A DNA stretch of 64,000 nt from Eledone cirrhosa (GCA_964016885.1 OZ024754.1:9300001-9364000); one strand, 5' to 3'. Positions 38,200-50,129 are shown, counted from the stretch's first letter. Numbers and translations: made by a program. Notes: generated by a model from the letters alone, not told the origin.

Positions 38200-38520
38200 G
38201 AGATGACAAAAAACATGCAAATTCACTTTGCTATGGTAGTTGTGTTGGTGACATGATAAAAAGCACCCAGTTCACCCTGTATGGTGGTTGTGCTGGTGAC
38301 ATGACAAAAAGCCCTCAGTTCACCCTGTATGGTGGTCATGTTGGTGATATGACAAAAAGCATCCAGTTCCCACTGTAAGGTGGTTGTGATGATGACATTA
38401 CAAAAAGCACCCAGTTCCCACTGTCAGGTGGTTGTGATGGTGACATGACAAAAAGCACCCAGTTCCCACTGTCAGGTGGTTGTGATGGTGACATGACAAA
38501 AAGCACCCAGTTCCCACAAG
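38200..38520 (+). repeat. 48-bp SINE A-module tandem, ~6 copies
   Basis: GGTGACATGACAAAAAGCACCCAGTTCCCACTGT... Confidence 0.8.
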
Positions 38521-38529
38521 GCATAGAGC

Positions 38530-38870
38530 ACGGCAAATTTGTGGCTGTGTCCTGAGAAGACAGCAAAAATACTCCGGTGGACAATGTCCAGCGACACCCA
38601 CTGCAACAGCCACCCCACCTCACAGGGCTCCTTCCTCAAATGGGCTGCCAATGTTCCAATCTTGTGGAGGAGCTCGGCAGTACAGGGTCCAAATATACCT
38701 GCGGTCTCAATGGTGACTGGTGCAAAGAGGAATCGGCTGGACAATCTCTGCCATTTGTTTTCCTTCCTTTCCTCTGCAATGCAGGGTGCACCAACTAAGT
38801 TGGAGGTAGAGAATGTGTCACAACATGTGGCGTCTCAGATGAGGGATCTACAAGGCCAGAAAATCTGGGA
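38530..38870 (-). pseudogene. CRE-clade-like non-LTR retrotransposon fragment (restriction-like endonuclease region)
   Basis: LI*DATCCDTF...FAPVTIETAGIFGP..ELLHKIG...WLLQWVSLDIVH matches the WDATC.DT / PVAVET.G..G / QR.S.AIQRGN pattern. Confidence 0.7.
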
Positions 38871-38916
38871 AAGACAAAGTTGATTAAATCAACTCCAGTA
38901 CATGACTGGTACTTTA

Positions 38917-39915
38917 TTTTATCAACATTGGTAGAATGTAAGACAAAATTGAGACAGAAGAAATATCACAGTTTTATCAACACTGGTAGGACAACAGACA
39001 CAACTGAGACAGAAGAAATACCACAGTTTTATCACAATGGTAGGATGTAAGACAAAACTGAGACAGAAGAAATACCACAGTTTTATCAACACTGGTAGGA
39101 CAACAGACACAACTGAGACAGAAGAAATACCACAGTTTTATCAACAATGGTAGGATGTAAGACAAAACTGAGGCAGAACAAATACCACAATTTTATCAAC
39201 ATTGGTAGGACAAAAGACAAAACTGAGACAGAAGAAATACCACAGTTTTATCAACAATGGTAGGATGGAAGACAAAACTGAGACAGAAGAAATACCACAG
39301 TTTTATCAACACTGGTAGGATGTAAGACAAAACTGGGACAGAACAAATACCACAGTTTTATCAACAATGGTAGGATGGAAGACAAAACTGAGACAGAAGA
39401 AATACCACAGTTTTATCAACACTGGTAGGATGTAAGACACAACCGAGACAGAACAAATACCACAGTTTTATCAACAATGGTAGGATGGAAGACAAAACTG
39501 AGACAGAAGAAATACCACAGTTTTATCAACACTGGTAAGATGTAAGACAAAACTGAGACAGAAGAAATACCACAGTTTTATCAACACTGGTAAGATGTAA
39601 GACAAAACTGAGACAGAAGAAATACCATAGTTTTATCAACACTGGTAAGATGTAAGACAAAACTGAGACAGAAGAAATACCACAGTTTTATCAACACTGG
39701 TAAGATGTAAGACAAAACTGAGACAGAACAAATACCACAGTTTTATCAACAATGGTAGGATGGAAGACAAAACTGAGACAGAAGAAATACCACAGTTTTA
39801 TCAACACTGGTAAGATGTAAGACAAAACTGAGACAGAACAAATACCACAGTTTTATCAACACTGGTAAGATGTAAGACAAAACTGAGACAGAACAAATAC
39901 CACAGTTTTATCAAC
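38917..39915. repeat. 55-bp minisatellite x~18 growing out of a decayed SINE B
   Basis: TTTTATCAACACTGGTAAGATGTAAGACAAAACTGAGACAGAAGAAATACCACAG; preceded by ACTGGTACTTTATTTTATC. Confidence 0.9.
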
Positions 39916-40119
39916 CCTTCTTTCTTCTTCTTGCTCTCGCTCAATGCAGTCGGGGTCATCCTAAGCCAGCAAACCCAAAGCATCGTCATGGTAGGATCAA
40001 AGACAAAACTGAACCAGAACAAATACCACAATGGTATTTTATTCTATTCTACCAATTCACCACACATGTCATTCCCTTATTAACAATATATAAGTTAGAA
40101 CATTTATATATTACCTTCA

Positions 40120-40600
40120 TTATATTTACTATTTTTCAGGTATTTTATTATTATGTCTAATGGTTTTCCACATAACATTTCTGTTAAAACTGTCAAAGCC
40201 TTTCTATAAGTCAACAAAATTAATGAGTGCAGTTGATTTATATTCAGTAGTGTTTTCAATTATGCATCACAATACAAAAATAGCATCAGTATTTGATTTA
40301 TTTCCATGAAATCCAGATTATTAATCTCTTAAAATTATGTCAGTTTTCCTCTTCATTCTATTTAACAGTTTGAGCAATCACTAAGGTCACCTTTCTTTGA
40401 CAGTTTCACAACAGTATTATCCTAATCATTGCCAGATCACGTGACATAGGTTAAGTAGCATTGCCTGTCTCCATAGCTTCTCCTCAATATTTAACAAACT
40501 CACCAGGGATTACATCTTTATCAGCAGTTTTGTTATTTTTCAATGATTTCAAACTGTTTCAAACTTCCTTGAATATAATTTCATCAACATCTATATTTAA
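40120..40600 (-). pseudogene. Decayed RTE reverse transcriptase fragment
   Basis: IIENTTEYKSTALINFVDL*KGFDSFNRNVMWKTI. Confidence 0.7.
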
Positions 40601-41084
40601 ATCAATTATATTAGCAGTCAGATGGCAAACTAGCAGAATTGTTAGAATGTTGGAGTTCAAATCCCACAGAGGTCAACTTTGCCTTTTAACCATTTAAGGT
40701 TGATAAAAAAGTACCAGTCGAATACTGGGGTCAATTCTTCCTCTTTATCTCTTTCTCATTTCCTCTCTCTCACTTTCTGTCTTTCTCTGGAAGAAATCTG
40801 CTCTACTCAGGCCTGGAGAGGTGATGGGCTCTGTCAGGCTTAAAATACCCAAGAAACGCTGTATGTCAATACAGCGCCCCTATGACTCTATCAGGAGTTA
40901 CAGGACAACACATACATACTTACATTCTCTCTCTCTCACTTTCTATCTTTCTCTGGAAGAAATCTGCTGTACTCAGACCAGGAGAGAAGTTGGGCTCAGG
41001 CAGGTTTAAAAATGCCCTAGAAATGTTGTATATCAATATGGCACCCCTCGGGAATTACGGGTTCATACATACATATCCTACCAA

Positions 41085-41431
41085 TGGAGGCACATGGCTT
41101 AGTGGTTAGAGCATTGGCCTTGCAATCAAAAGGTTGTGAGTTCAATTCTCAGACCGGCTGATATGTTGTTTCCTTGAGCAAGACACTTTATTTAACATTG
41201 CTCCAGTTTACTCAGCTGTAGAAATGAGATGATAGGGACTGGGGTCCCTATCATTCCACTGCAAAGTGGTCGTGGAGGTGCCACGGCAAAAAAGCACCCA
41301 GCACACACTGTAAATGAGGTTGGTGTTAGGAAGGGCATCCAGCTGTAGAAATCAAGCCAGTATCAGTTCCCGTCCCACCCTTGCAAGCAGGGAAAAGTGG
41401 ACGTAAAATGATGATGATGATGATGATGATG
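41085..41431 (+). mobile_element. SINE A, full length
   Basis: Matches the 15222 copy. Confidence 0.92.
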
Positions 41432-41608
41432 ATATTAGCAGTCACAGATCTTTAGGTTCAAGCTAGCTTAGAACGTCTACGAAATATTCCATCCATATTT
41501 TGTTTCTATCTTACAAGGTGAGTCATAAGTAACTGGGCAGTCCAACAGTTATATTCCAAATAATAATATTTACTAAAATTCTTGTTATACATGATGGAAT
41601 TATAGATA

Positions 41609-41990
41609 CTTCTTCTTCTTCCCTCACTTATTCCTGAGAGGATCGTTAGGGTAGGGCAGAGTTCTTAAACACTCCTTCCAGTGGGTCCTGTCAGGAGCAA
41701 CCATCTCCAACTGATCCGGTTGGACCCCCAAGTATGACCAGCCAGGCTCATAGATGTTATCCAACTATCTTGCTCAGGGTCGACCCCTGGGCCTCTTGCC
41801 GGTTGGTTTTGCCCGTAAAATTTGTCAAGCAAGGCTTTCCTGAGACATTCTAACCACATGCCTGCAGTATCGGAGCTGTGATATCTCAATTCAGAGAAGT
41901 AACATCTCTACCTGGAGTGACTCTCCAGAGATTCTTTCCTGAGACATTCTAACCACATACCCATAGTATCAGAGATGTGATCTCTCAATT
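41609..41990 (-). mobile_element. RTE 3' end with (GAA)n tail
   Basis: GKTNRQEAQGSTLSKIVG/RPRG-like coding remnant; similar to 36078-36432. Confidence 0.6.
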
Positions 41991-42346
41991 ATAAATACAT
42001 CAAACAAAAATAGTTGAAAAAATATATAACCATGGCTGATCACACACAAATAAGCGGATGTGCAAAAAGTTATCTGAGAACCTTGCAATAAAAATGCATT
42101 GACTGTCCGGTTATTTATGACTCACTCTGTAGTCTATCTTTAGACAATTGTTTTCTTAATTTTTACAGACACTTCCATATTGCAATGGCTGCTTTAGTAC
42201 TCTGTACACAATTTTTTTTAATCATTTCTCGAAGAATTACTTTCTGAAGTTTTTGCATGGCCTTCAACTATTTTTTTCATCTTTATTGCAATGTTTCATT
42301 ACATATCTGTCAACTGTTTTATACCTAAATTTACTATAATGTAGGG

Positions 42347-42634
42347 CAGGCATGTCAAACATGCAGCCCGCAGGCAGCATGCGGCCCTTTGCAAGCCCAC
42401 CTGCGGCCCTTTGCAAGCCCACCTGCGGCCCTTTGCAAGCCCACCTGCGGCCCTTTGCAAGCCCACCTGCGGCCCTTTGCAAGCCCACCTGCGGCCCTTT
42501 GCAAGCCCACCTGTGGGAGCATAATATAAAATATAAAATATTAGTTGTAATGTGAGCAATTAGTTGTCATGTGTGGCCCTCAGACAACATGTCTCCCATG
42601 TGGCTATCGGAGGACCCTCAGTTTGACATGCCTG
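42347..42634. mobile_element. hAT-type MITE with 8-bp TSD and internal 22-bp x6 repeat
   Basis: CAGGCATGTCAAAC...GTTTGACATGCCTG; TSD ATGTAGGG; GCGGCCCTTTGCAAGCCCACCT tandem. Confidence 0.92.
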
Positions 42635-43163
42635 ATGTAGGGTATCTCATTTAAATTTCTGTCTCCACCACATATCCCTAAATACTCAATGTCTCAGATG
42701 ATATCCACTGCTTACTATATTTTCCTCTCTATCTTTCTAATCTCTTTTCAGATGTCTCAATTATAATTAATGTCTTTGAATTCACTTCAATATTGATTTA
42801 TATCTATTTCTGCATTCATTTTAGCATTCAATGTAGCATATTGATTCTTCAGGTTTAGGTGATACAATTCTCTCATGTCACTTTTATTTAGTTTGCTAAC
42901 ATCAAAGGACTTTGGTTCCTTAGTTTAAAAAATTTTTTTAAAATTTTTTTATTTCTATCTTGATATCTACCTTTATCACGTGAAACAATGTTTGCCCATG
43001 AGTCACTGAGTTTTATTCCATTGTCTACAGTACAGAGATGTCTAGCTTTTCTTGTGTATTAACTTATGGTTTTGGTTATACAGAAATCCTACTTTGCATA
43101 GAATTTCAGAAATCTCGACAGATTGTCTGTTAACTTCCCTGTTGAGAATGGAGAAGAACTATG

Positions 43164-43813
43164 TTAACCCTTTAGCATTCACATTACTCTATATATACTA
43201 TTATATTTTCATGGTAAAGGCTTTACCTCATAATATCTCACATAACATTTACATTACTCTATATATACTATTGTATTTTCATGGTAAAGGCTTTACCTCC
43301 CATAAATATCTCACATAACATTTACATTACTCTATATATACAATTATATTTTCATGGTAAAGGCTTTACCTCCCATAAATATCTCACATAACATTTAGAT
43401 TACTCTATATATACAATTATATTTTCATGGTAAAGGCTTTACCTCCCATAAATATCTCACATAACATTCACATTACTCTATATATACTATTATATTTTCA
43501 TGGTAAAGATTTTACCTCACATAATATCTCATATAACATTTACATTACTCTATATATACTATTGTATTTTCATGGTAAAGGCTTTACCTCATATAATATC
43601 TCACATAACATTTACATTACTCTATATATACTATTGTATTTTCATGGTAAAGGCTTTACCTCACATAATATCTCACATAATATCGAATCTATGAGATTTT
43701 GAAAGTATTTATTTTGAGAACAATACCTTAACATCAGTTTGAGCGACCAGTTACAGCCAGTTTCAACAGGAAGAGATAGAGAATTTTGGCCGGTTTGAAC
43801 ATTAAAGGGTTAA
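43164..43813. mobile_element. piggyBac-type MITE with ~72-bp internal segment x7
   Basis: TTAACCCTTTAG...TAAAGGGTTAA; CATGGTAAAG recurs every ~72 bp. Confidence 0.9.
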
Positions 43814-43940
43814 GAGTGCATGTGTCTGTGGAATACTCAGCCACTTGCACATTAATTCCATGAGCAGGTAGTTCCATTAATTGAGTCACCTGGAGCGCTT
43901 GCCATGAAAAGTGATACCGGTGCAACAACATATAATATAT

Positions 43941-44234
43941 ATGGTATGGTGTGGTATGGCATGGTATGGTGTGGTGTGGTGTGGTGTGGTGTGGTGTGGT
44001 ATGGCATGGTATGGTGTGGTGTGGTATGGTATGGTGTGGTGTGGTATGGTATGGTGTGGTGAGGTGTGGTATGGTGTGGTGTGGTGTGGTATGGTATGGT
44101 ATGGTGTGGTGTGGTGTGGTATGGCATGGTATGGTATGGTGTGGTGTGGTATGGTGTGGTGTGGTGTGGTGAGGTGTGGTATGGTATGGTGTGGTGTGGT
44201 ATGGCATGGTATGGTGTGGTGTGGTGTGGTATGG
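43941..44234. repeat. (TGGTG/TGGTA)n pentamer satellite
   Basis: Direct reading. Confidence 0.95.
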
Positions 44235-44332
44235 ACCCTTAACTCCCGAGGAGTCGTAAGGGTGCCATATTGACATACAGCATTTCTTGGGCATTTCTTA
44301 AACCTGGTGAAGCACATCACTTCTCCAGGATA

Positions 44333-44383
<51 letters not shown>

Positions 44384-44395
44384 TATATATATATA

Positions 44396-44572
44396 TACTA
44401 TCTGGCCCGTCCGGCTGGCACCCGGCTAGGTATACCTTAAATTATTTTAATGCCGATACTTGATTTAACGCATTGGAAATTCGGTCACTTGCTGGTCCCG
44501 CTCTGTCTCTCTCTCTTTTCCCCTCCCCTTGTTTTTTTGTAGATGTGTGTGTGTAGTTTTCCTAATCTTTCC

Positions 44573-44606
<34 letters not shown>

Positions 44607-44811
44607 TGAAGGGAGATACGGAAACTAAAACAGTGTTGTCATATAGAGAGTGAAGAGCGACAGAGAGAGTAAAGCAGTAAAAATTATAGAGAGGGGGAAT
44701 GATCTATTATAGAGAGAGGGAAGAGCGACGGAGAGAGTAAAGCTAAGAAACTATAGGGAGGTGTGTAGGAAACATACATACGTAATACATACATACAACG
44801 CTCAGCTTTAT

Positions 44812-44815
<4 letters not shown>
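44396..44815 (-). mobile_element. Non-autonomous Helitron-like element
   Basis: GC-rich hairpin next to an ..ATAG|T end; internal (CT)n/(GA)n inverted segments; ACATACATAC..CAGCTTTATA at the other end; TA-rich context. Confidence 0.5.
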
Positions 44816-44842
<27 letters not shown>

Positions 44843-44942
44843 AACTTAAATATATGTGTATATATATATATATACACACTTAAATATATGTGTATATATT
44901 TATACACACTTAAATATATGTGTATATATTTATATATATATA

Positions 44943-45102
44943 TGAAAAAAAGGAAAAGAATGACTTCACTTGTAATGTTAAAAAATTTGATTTAATTTTA
45001 TAATATTATAAAATTAAATCAAATTTTTTAACACAAGTGAAGTCATTCTTTTCCTTTTTTTCAAATATACCTAACTGTACCAAGGATCTCACACACTTTC
45101 CA
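44943..45102. mobile_element. Fold-back element (~60-bp arms plus ~40-bp right tail)
   Basis: GAAAAAAAGGAAAAGAATGACTTCACTTGT...ACAAGTGAAGTCATTCTTTTCCTTTTTTTC. Confidence 0.8.
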
Positions 45103-45116
45103 ATATATATATTTAA

Positions 45117-45157
<41 letters not shown>

Positions 45158-45159
45158 TT

Positions 45160-45344
45160 GTTTCTACTTTTGGCACAAGGCCAGCAATTACCCAGTACAT
45201 TACTGGTACTTTATTTTATCGACCCCGTAAGGATGAAAGGCAAAGTTAACCTTGGCGGGATTTGAACTCAGACCATAAAGGGCCGTAACTCTTTGCTGCA
45301 AAGCATGGCGTCCGACCCTCTACCGATACTGCCAATCCACCGCC
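45160..45344 (-). mobile_element. SINE B
   Basis: Matches the other copies. Confidence 0.9.
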
Positions 45345-45479
45345 CTATATATATATATATTAATAAGAGGAATTCCAACTTTGTCTGATTTACTCGTTTT
45401 ATTTACAATCCTTTAAAATATATATAATATGGTATAATAATGAAATAGTATGATAGAATATTAAATTCTAAGTGTTAAT

Positions 45480-45518
45480 TGAACAAGTACTTTCATGCTT
45501 TCGCAATCTTCAGGTTCA
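45480..45518 (-). ncRNA. Minimal hammerhead ribozyme (left arm)
   Basis: TGAAC-CTGAAGA-TTGCGAAAGCAT-GAAA-GTAC-TT^-GTTCA. Confidence 0.65.
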
Positions 45519-45573
45519 TGATATGTGGTGACAGTCGAGTTTGCAATTTTCACTCGACTGTCACCACATATCA

Positions 45574-45612
45574 TGAACCTGAAGATTGCGAAAGCATGAA
45601 AGTACTTGTTCA
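45574..45612 (+). ncRNA. Minimal hammerhead ribozyme (right arm)
   Basis: TGAAC-CTGAAGA-TTGCGAAAGCAT-GAAA-GTAC-TT^-GTTCA. Confidence 0.65.
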
Positions 45613-45899
45613 ATTAACACTTAGAATTTAATATTCTATCATACTATTTCATTATAATACCATATTATATATATTTTAAAGGATTGTAAATAAAACGAGT
45701 AAATCAGACAAAGTTGGAATTCCTTTTATTAATATAATCTTCTATACACAATCATACACACCCGTGTATATTTACCTATCTATATCTATATCTATATATA
45801 TATATATATATTTAAGTGTATATATATATATATATATATACACTTAAATCTATGTATGGAGAAAATACTGGGTGTTCGTCTTAATCCAACACCCAGGTA

Positions 45900-46060
45900 A
45901 ATTACACCCCATATAGCTGAGCTCCTCCATAAACTCAGCACGTCAGTAGCCCATCTGAGGAAGGGGCCCATGAGGTGAGGTGGCTGGTGCAGTGGGTATC
46001 GTTGGCCATTGTCCGTAGAAATGTCGAAATACCTTTACAATTTTGTCTGCGGGGCACAGG
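45900..46060 (+). pseudogene. Second CRE-like 3' fragment
   Basis: AELLHKLSTSVAHLRKGPHEVRWLVQWVSLAIVRRNV, homologous to 38530-38700. Confidence 0.65.
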
Positions 46061-46375
46061 CAAACCATCACCCTGCCCTAGGTACCAAGTCTGTCACCCT
46101 CTCTCTCTCTTTCTTTCCTTGCCTAATAGTCCTTGCTCTTTTCCTCTCTTTTCTTTTTATTTATGGCATTTATAGTCCTTTCCTTTACTCTCCTATACAA
46201 CCAAATCTGCCCTTCCTTTCCCTTAACCCCTGTTTTCATTACTTAATTTCAGTTTTATCATTTTAAAAATATTTCTATCATTGTAAAACTTTTAATTTGT
46301 AAAATATTTTAATTATAAACTTAGATTTAAAAAAAACAACTTTTAAATGACACCACTGGATATTAAGGGCTTTTA

Positions 46376-47127
46376 GCAGGGGTCACAGGGATGCTGGTAT
46401 CCAGGGCAGGGGTCACATGAATGCTGGTATCCAGGGCAGGGGTCACAGTGATTCTGGTACCCAGGGCAGGAGTCACAATGATGCTGGTATCCAGAGCTAG
46501 GGTCACAGGGTTCACAGTGATGCTGGTATGCAGGGCAGGGGTCATAGTGATGCTGGTATCCAGGGCAGGGGGTCACAGGGATCACAGTGATGCTGGTATC
46601 CAGGGCAGGGGGTCACATGGTTCACAGTGATGCTGGTATGCAGGGCAGGGGTCACAGTGATGCTGGTATCCAGGGAAGGGGGTCACAGGGATCACAGTGA
46701 TGCTGGTATCCAGGGCAGGGGGTCACAGGGTTCACAGTGATGCTGGTATGCAGGGCAGGGGTCACAGTGATGCCGGTATCCAGGGCAGGGGGTCACAGGG
46801 ATCACAGTGATGCTGGTATCCAGGGCAGGGGGTCACATGGTTCACAGTGATGCTGGTATGCAGGGCAGGGGTCACAGTGATGCTGGTATCCAGGGAAGGG
46901 GGTCACAGGGATCACAGTGATGCTGGTATCCAGGGCAGGGGGTCACAGGGTTCACAGTGATGCTGGTATGCAGGGCAGGGGTCACAGTGATGCCGGTATC
47001 CAGGGCAGGGGGTCACAGGGATCACAGTGATGCTGGTATCCAGGGCAGGGGGTCACAGGGTTCACAGTGATGCTGGTATGCAGGGCAGGGGTCACAGTGA
47101 TGCTGGTATCCAGGGCAGGGGGTCACA
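46376..47127. repeat. G-rich 30/41-bp minisatellite with ~112-bp higher-order period
   Basis: GGTCACAGTGATGCTGGTATCCAGGGCAGG(GG) units. Confidence 0.92.
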
Positions 47128-47131
47128 TAGA

Positions 47132-47202
<71 letters not shown>

Positions 47203-47223
47203 TTATATATATATATATATGTA

Positions 47224-47323
<100 letters not shown>

Positions 47324-47775
47324 GGCATTATACATACATAATTCAAAATATACATTAATATACATTCAGGTAGGAAAAATATACATTAACAAAATATACA
47401 TTAACAAAATATACATTAACATACAAGCATCACTGAGTGGAAAAACAAAACAAATGGAAGTTGGGCATCTTAACTGAAGTTCTCTTTATTTTTTTACTCA
47501 ATCTCTTTGTATCAGTATGAATTTTTCTATTTGTAATTATCTCTATATATATATATATGTGTATGTGTGTGTGTGTGCGTGTGTGTGTGTGAGTATATAT
47601 GTGTATGACTATGTGTGAATATTGTAACTAAGTGAATATTTTTTAGTCTTATCTCCCCAAGCCTCACACACACACACACACAGACATATTTTTGTACATA
47701 TGTGTACATGAGTGTATATATATATATATATATGTTATATATATATGTATGTTATATATGTATATATATATATAT

Positions 47776-47806
<31 letters not shown>

Positions 47807-47808
<2 letters not shown>

Positions 47809-49641
47809 GCCCTAGATAGGAGTAACTATAGAGGCATTAAATTAATCGACCAGGTCATGAAGGTCACGGAAAGAGTAATAGCGCAACTAATCAGAGAGAG
47901 AATTGACCTAGATGAAATGCAGTTCGGGTTTGTGTCAGGCAAAAGTACCACAGACGCTCTTTTCATAGTACGACAACTACAAGAGAAGTACCTAGCTAAA
48001 GGTAAACCCCTCTACTTAGCTTTTGTCGACTTGGAGAAAGCCTTCGACAGAGTCCCCCGCTCCATTATCTGGTGGGCTCTTAGAAAACTAGGCGTTGACG
48101 AATGGCTTGTGAGGGCTATACAAGCCATGTATAAAGAAACAGTCAGCAAGGTTAGAATTAACAACGAATATAGTGAAGAGTTTAGCGTAAAAGTCGGCGT
48201 CCATCAGGGCTCTGTTCTCAGTCCACTACTATTTATTATTGCCCTTCAGGCCATAACAGAGGAGTTCAAGACAGGCTGCCCATGGGAACTCCTATACGCA
48301 GACGACCTGACACTCATAGCGGAATCAATGGCCGAGCTAGAGAAGAAATTCCAAACATGGAAGCACGGCCTAGAGTCAAAAGGACTTAAAATTAACCTGG
48401 CTAAGACCAAAGTACTAGTTTGTAGGAAAGAAAACAAGGCGGCGGTCCCTTCTGGGAAATGGTCGTGCTCGGTGTGTAGGAAAGGCGTAGGTAGAAACTC
48501 CATTTTATGTCCTAAATGCAAAGTATGGGTGCATAAAAGATGTAGTGGGATCACAGGTAGGCTAACTAAGAACATAGATTTTACATGTGGCCGGTGCTCT
48601 GGTGCAATAAGTAGCAGCAAGTGCCCACAAACTACTAGCTCTTTCAATTGCGCAGAGGGTTCTATAGAAATAGTGGACAGCTTCCGTTACCTGGGCGATA
48701 AAATCAGCAGTGGGGGAGGGTGCTCTGAAAGTACTGTAGCTAGAGTCAGAACTGGTTGGAAAAAGTTCAGAGAGCTTATACCACTATTAGCTGCTAAAGG
48801 GTTCTCACTAAAAATGAAAGGCAGGTTGTACGATGCCTGCATACGAACAGCAATGCTGCATGGCAGTGAGACCTGGGCATTGTGTGCAGAGGATATACGC
48901 AGACTAGAGAGGAACGAAGCTTGCATGCTCCGCTGGATGTGTAACAGTAATATACGTGAACGGCAAAGCATAAACGAACTAAGGAATAAATTAGAGATAA
49001 GAGGGATCAGATGTTGTTTACTCGAGAGAAGGCTACGTTGGTATGGACACGTGATGCGCATGAAAGTCGATAGCTGTATAACAAAGTGCAGGGCAATAAA
49101 GATAGACGGTAGTCACGGAATAGGCAGACCTAGAAAAACCTGGGACGAGCTGATAAACTCCGACATCACACACTTACACCTCTCCAAGACAATGTCACTG
49201 GACCGAGACCTTTGGCGGTACTCAGTAACAGAGAAGACCCGCCTTACCTAAATATATAGTAAAACCTACTCCAGCCAGTAGGCATCTCTAACAAATACAC
49301 CCCGTCCCACCACCCCCACCCGATCCACACCACCCCGTTCTATGTAAAGTTATGTTGGTGCCGCGCCATCGAGGCCGAAACAAATGAGATCGTGTAGGTG
49401 TCACGACAAAAAAACACACAGTCCACGCTGTAATGTGGCCGTGTAGGCAACACGGTAAAAACCTCCCAGACCCACACTGTAAATGTGGTTGGTGTTAGGA
49501 AGGGCATCCAACTGTAGAAAACCTGCCAGACAGTCCTATGCGAGCAAGACAATCACTCTTGCCTCAAGTGGGACTACCCCCGTCCAAACCCATGCAAGCG
49601 TGGAACACGGACGTTAAACGTTGATGATGATGATGATGATG
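47807..49641 (+). mobile_element. 5'-truncated RTE-clade LINE with intact RT ORF, 3' UTR and (GAT)n tail
   Basis: RT ORF plus a UTR shared with 10588-11170; inserted in (TA)n. Confidence 0.93.
47809..49251 (+). CDS. Reverse transcriptase (partial) with PHD-like C4HC3 insertion
   Basis: NYRGIKL, QFGF, FVDLEKAFD, GVHQGSVLSP, LYADD, CSVC..CPKC..HKRC..CGRC, FRYLGD, RLRWYGHV; no stops. Confidence 0.92.
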   Translation, partial: ALDRSNYRGIKLIDQVMKVTERVIAQLIRERIDLDEMQFGFVSGKSTTDALFIVRQLQEKYLAKGKPLYLAFVDLEKAFDRVPRSIIWWALRKLGVDEWLVRAIQAMYKETVSKVRINNEYSEEFSVKVGVHQGSVLSPLLFIIALQAITEEFKTGCPWELLYADDLTLIAESMAELEKKFQTWKHGLESKGLKINLAKTKVLVCRKENKAAVPSGKWSCSVCRKGVGRNSILCPKCKVWVHKRCSGITGRLTKNIDFTCGRCSGAISSSKCPQTTSSFNCAEGSIEIVDSFRYLGDKISSGGGCSESTVARVRTGWKKFRELIPLLAAKGFSLKMKGRLYDACIRTAMLHGSETWALCAEDIRRLERNEACMLRWMCNSNIRERQSINELRNKLEIRGIRCCLLERRLRWYGHVMRMKVDSCITKCRAIKIDGSHGIGRPRKTWDELINSDITHLHLSKTMSLDRDLWRYSVTEKTRLT

Positions 49642-50094
49642 ATATATATATGTGATACATATAAATGATATATATATTTATGATACATATAAATGTTATA
49701 TATATATAATATATATATAATATATATATATAATATATTATTTATATATATGATATATATAATATATTATATATATATATATAATATATATGTATAATAT
49801 ATATATATAAATAATATATTATATATATATATAATATATTTAATATGTATATATATGTAAGTATGTACACGTACATACATATATGTATACAGACGTACAG
49901 TGGTATGTATATATATATACATACATGCACACATATATATATGTACGTATGGATTCACCGAACATTTATTATAATGCTCGGTGTGTTTGTAAACAAACAT
50001 CCCGTATTAAGAAGATAATGATGAATATATATATATATATAATATATAATATATATATATAATATATATATATAATATATATATAATATATATA

Positions 50095-50129
<35 letters not shown>

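Larger units (their letters stand above)
45358..45778. mobile_element. Near-perfect fold-back element (~180-bp arms, ~11-nt loop, ~45-bp tail)
   Basis: 45358-45540 is the reverse complement of 45552-45734 with about 2 mismatches; flanked by (TA)n. Confidence 0.92.
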
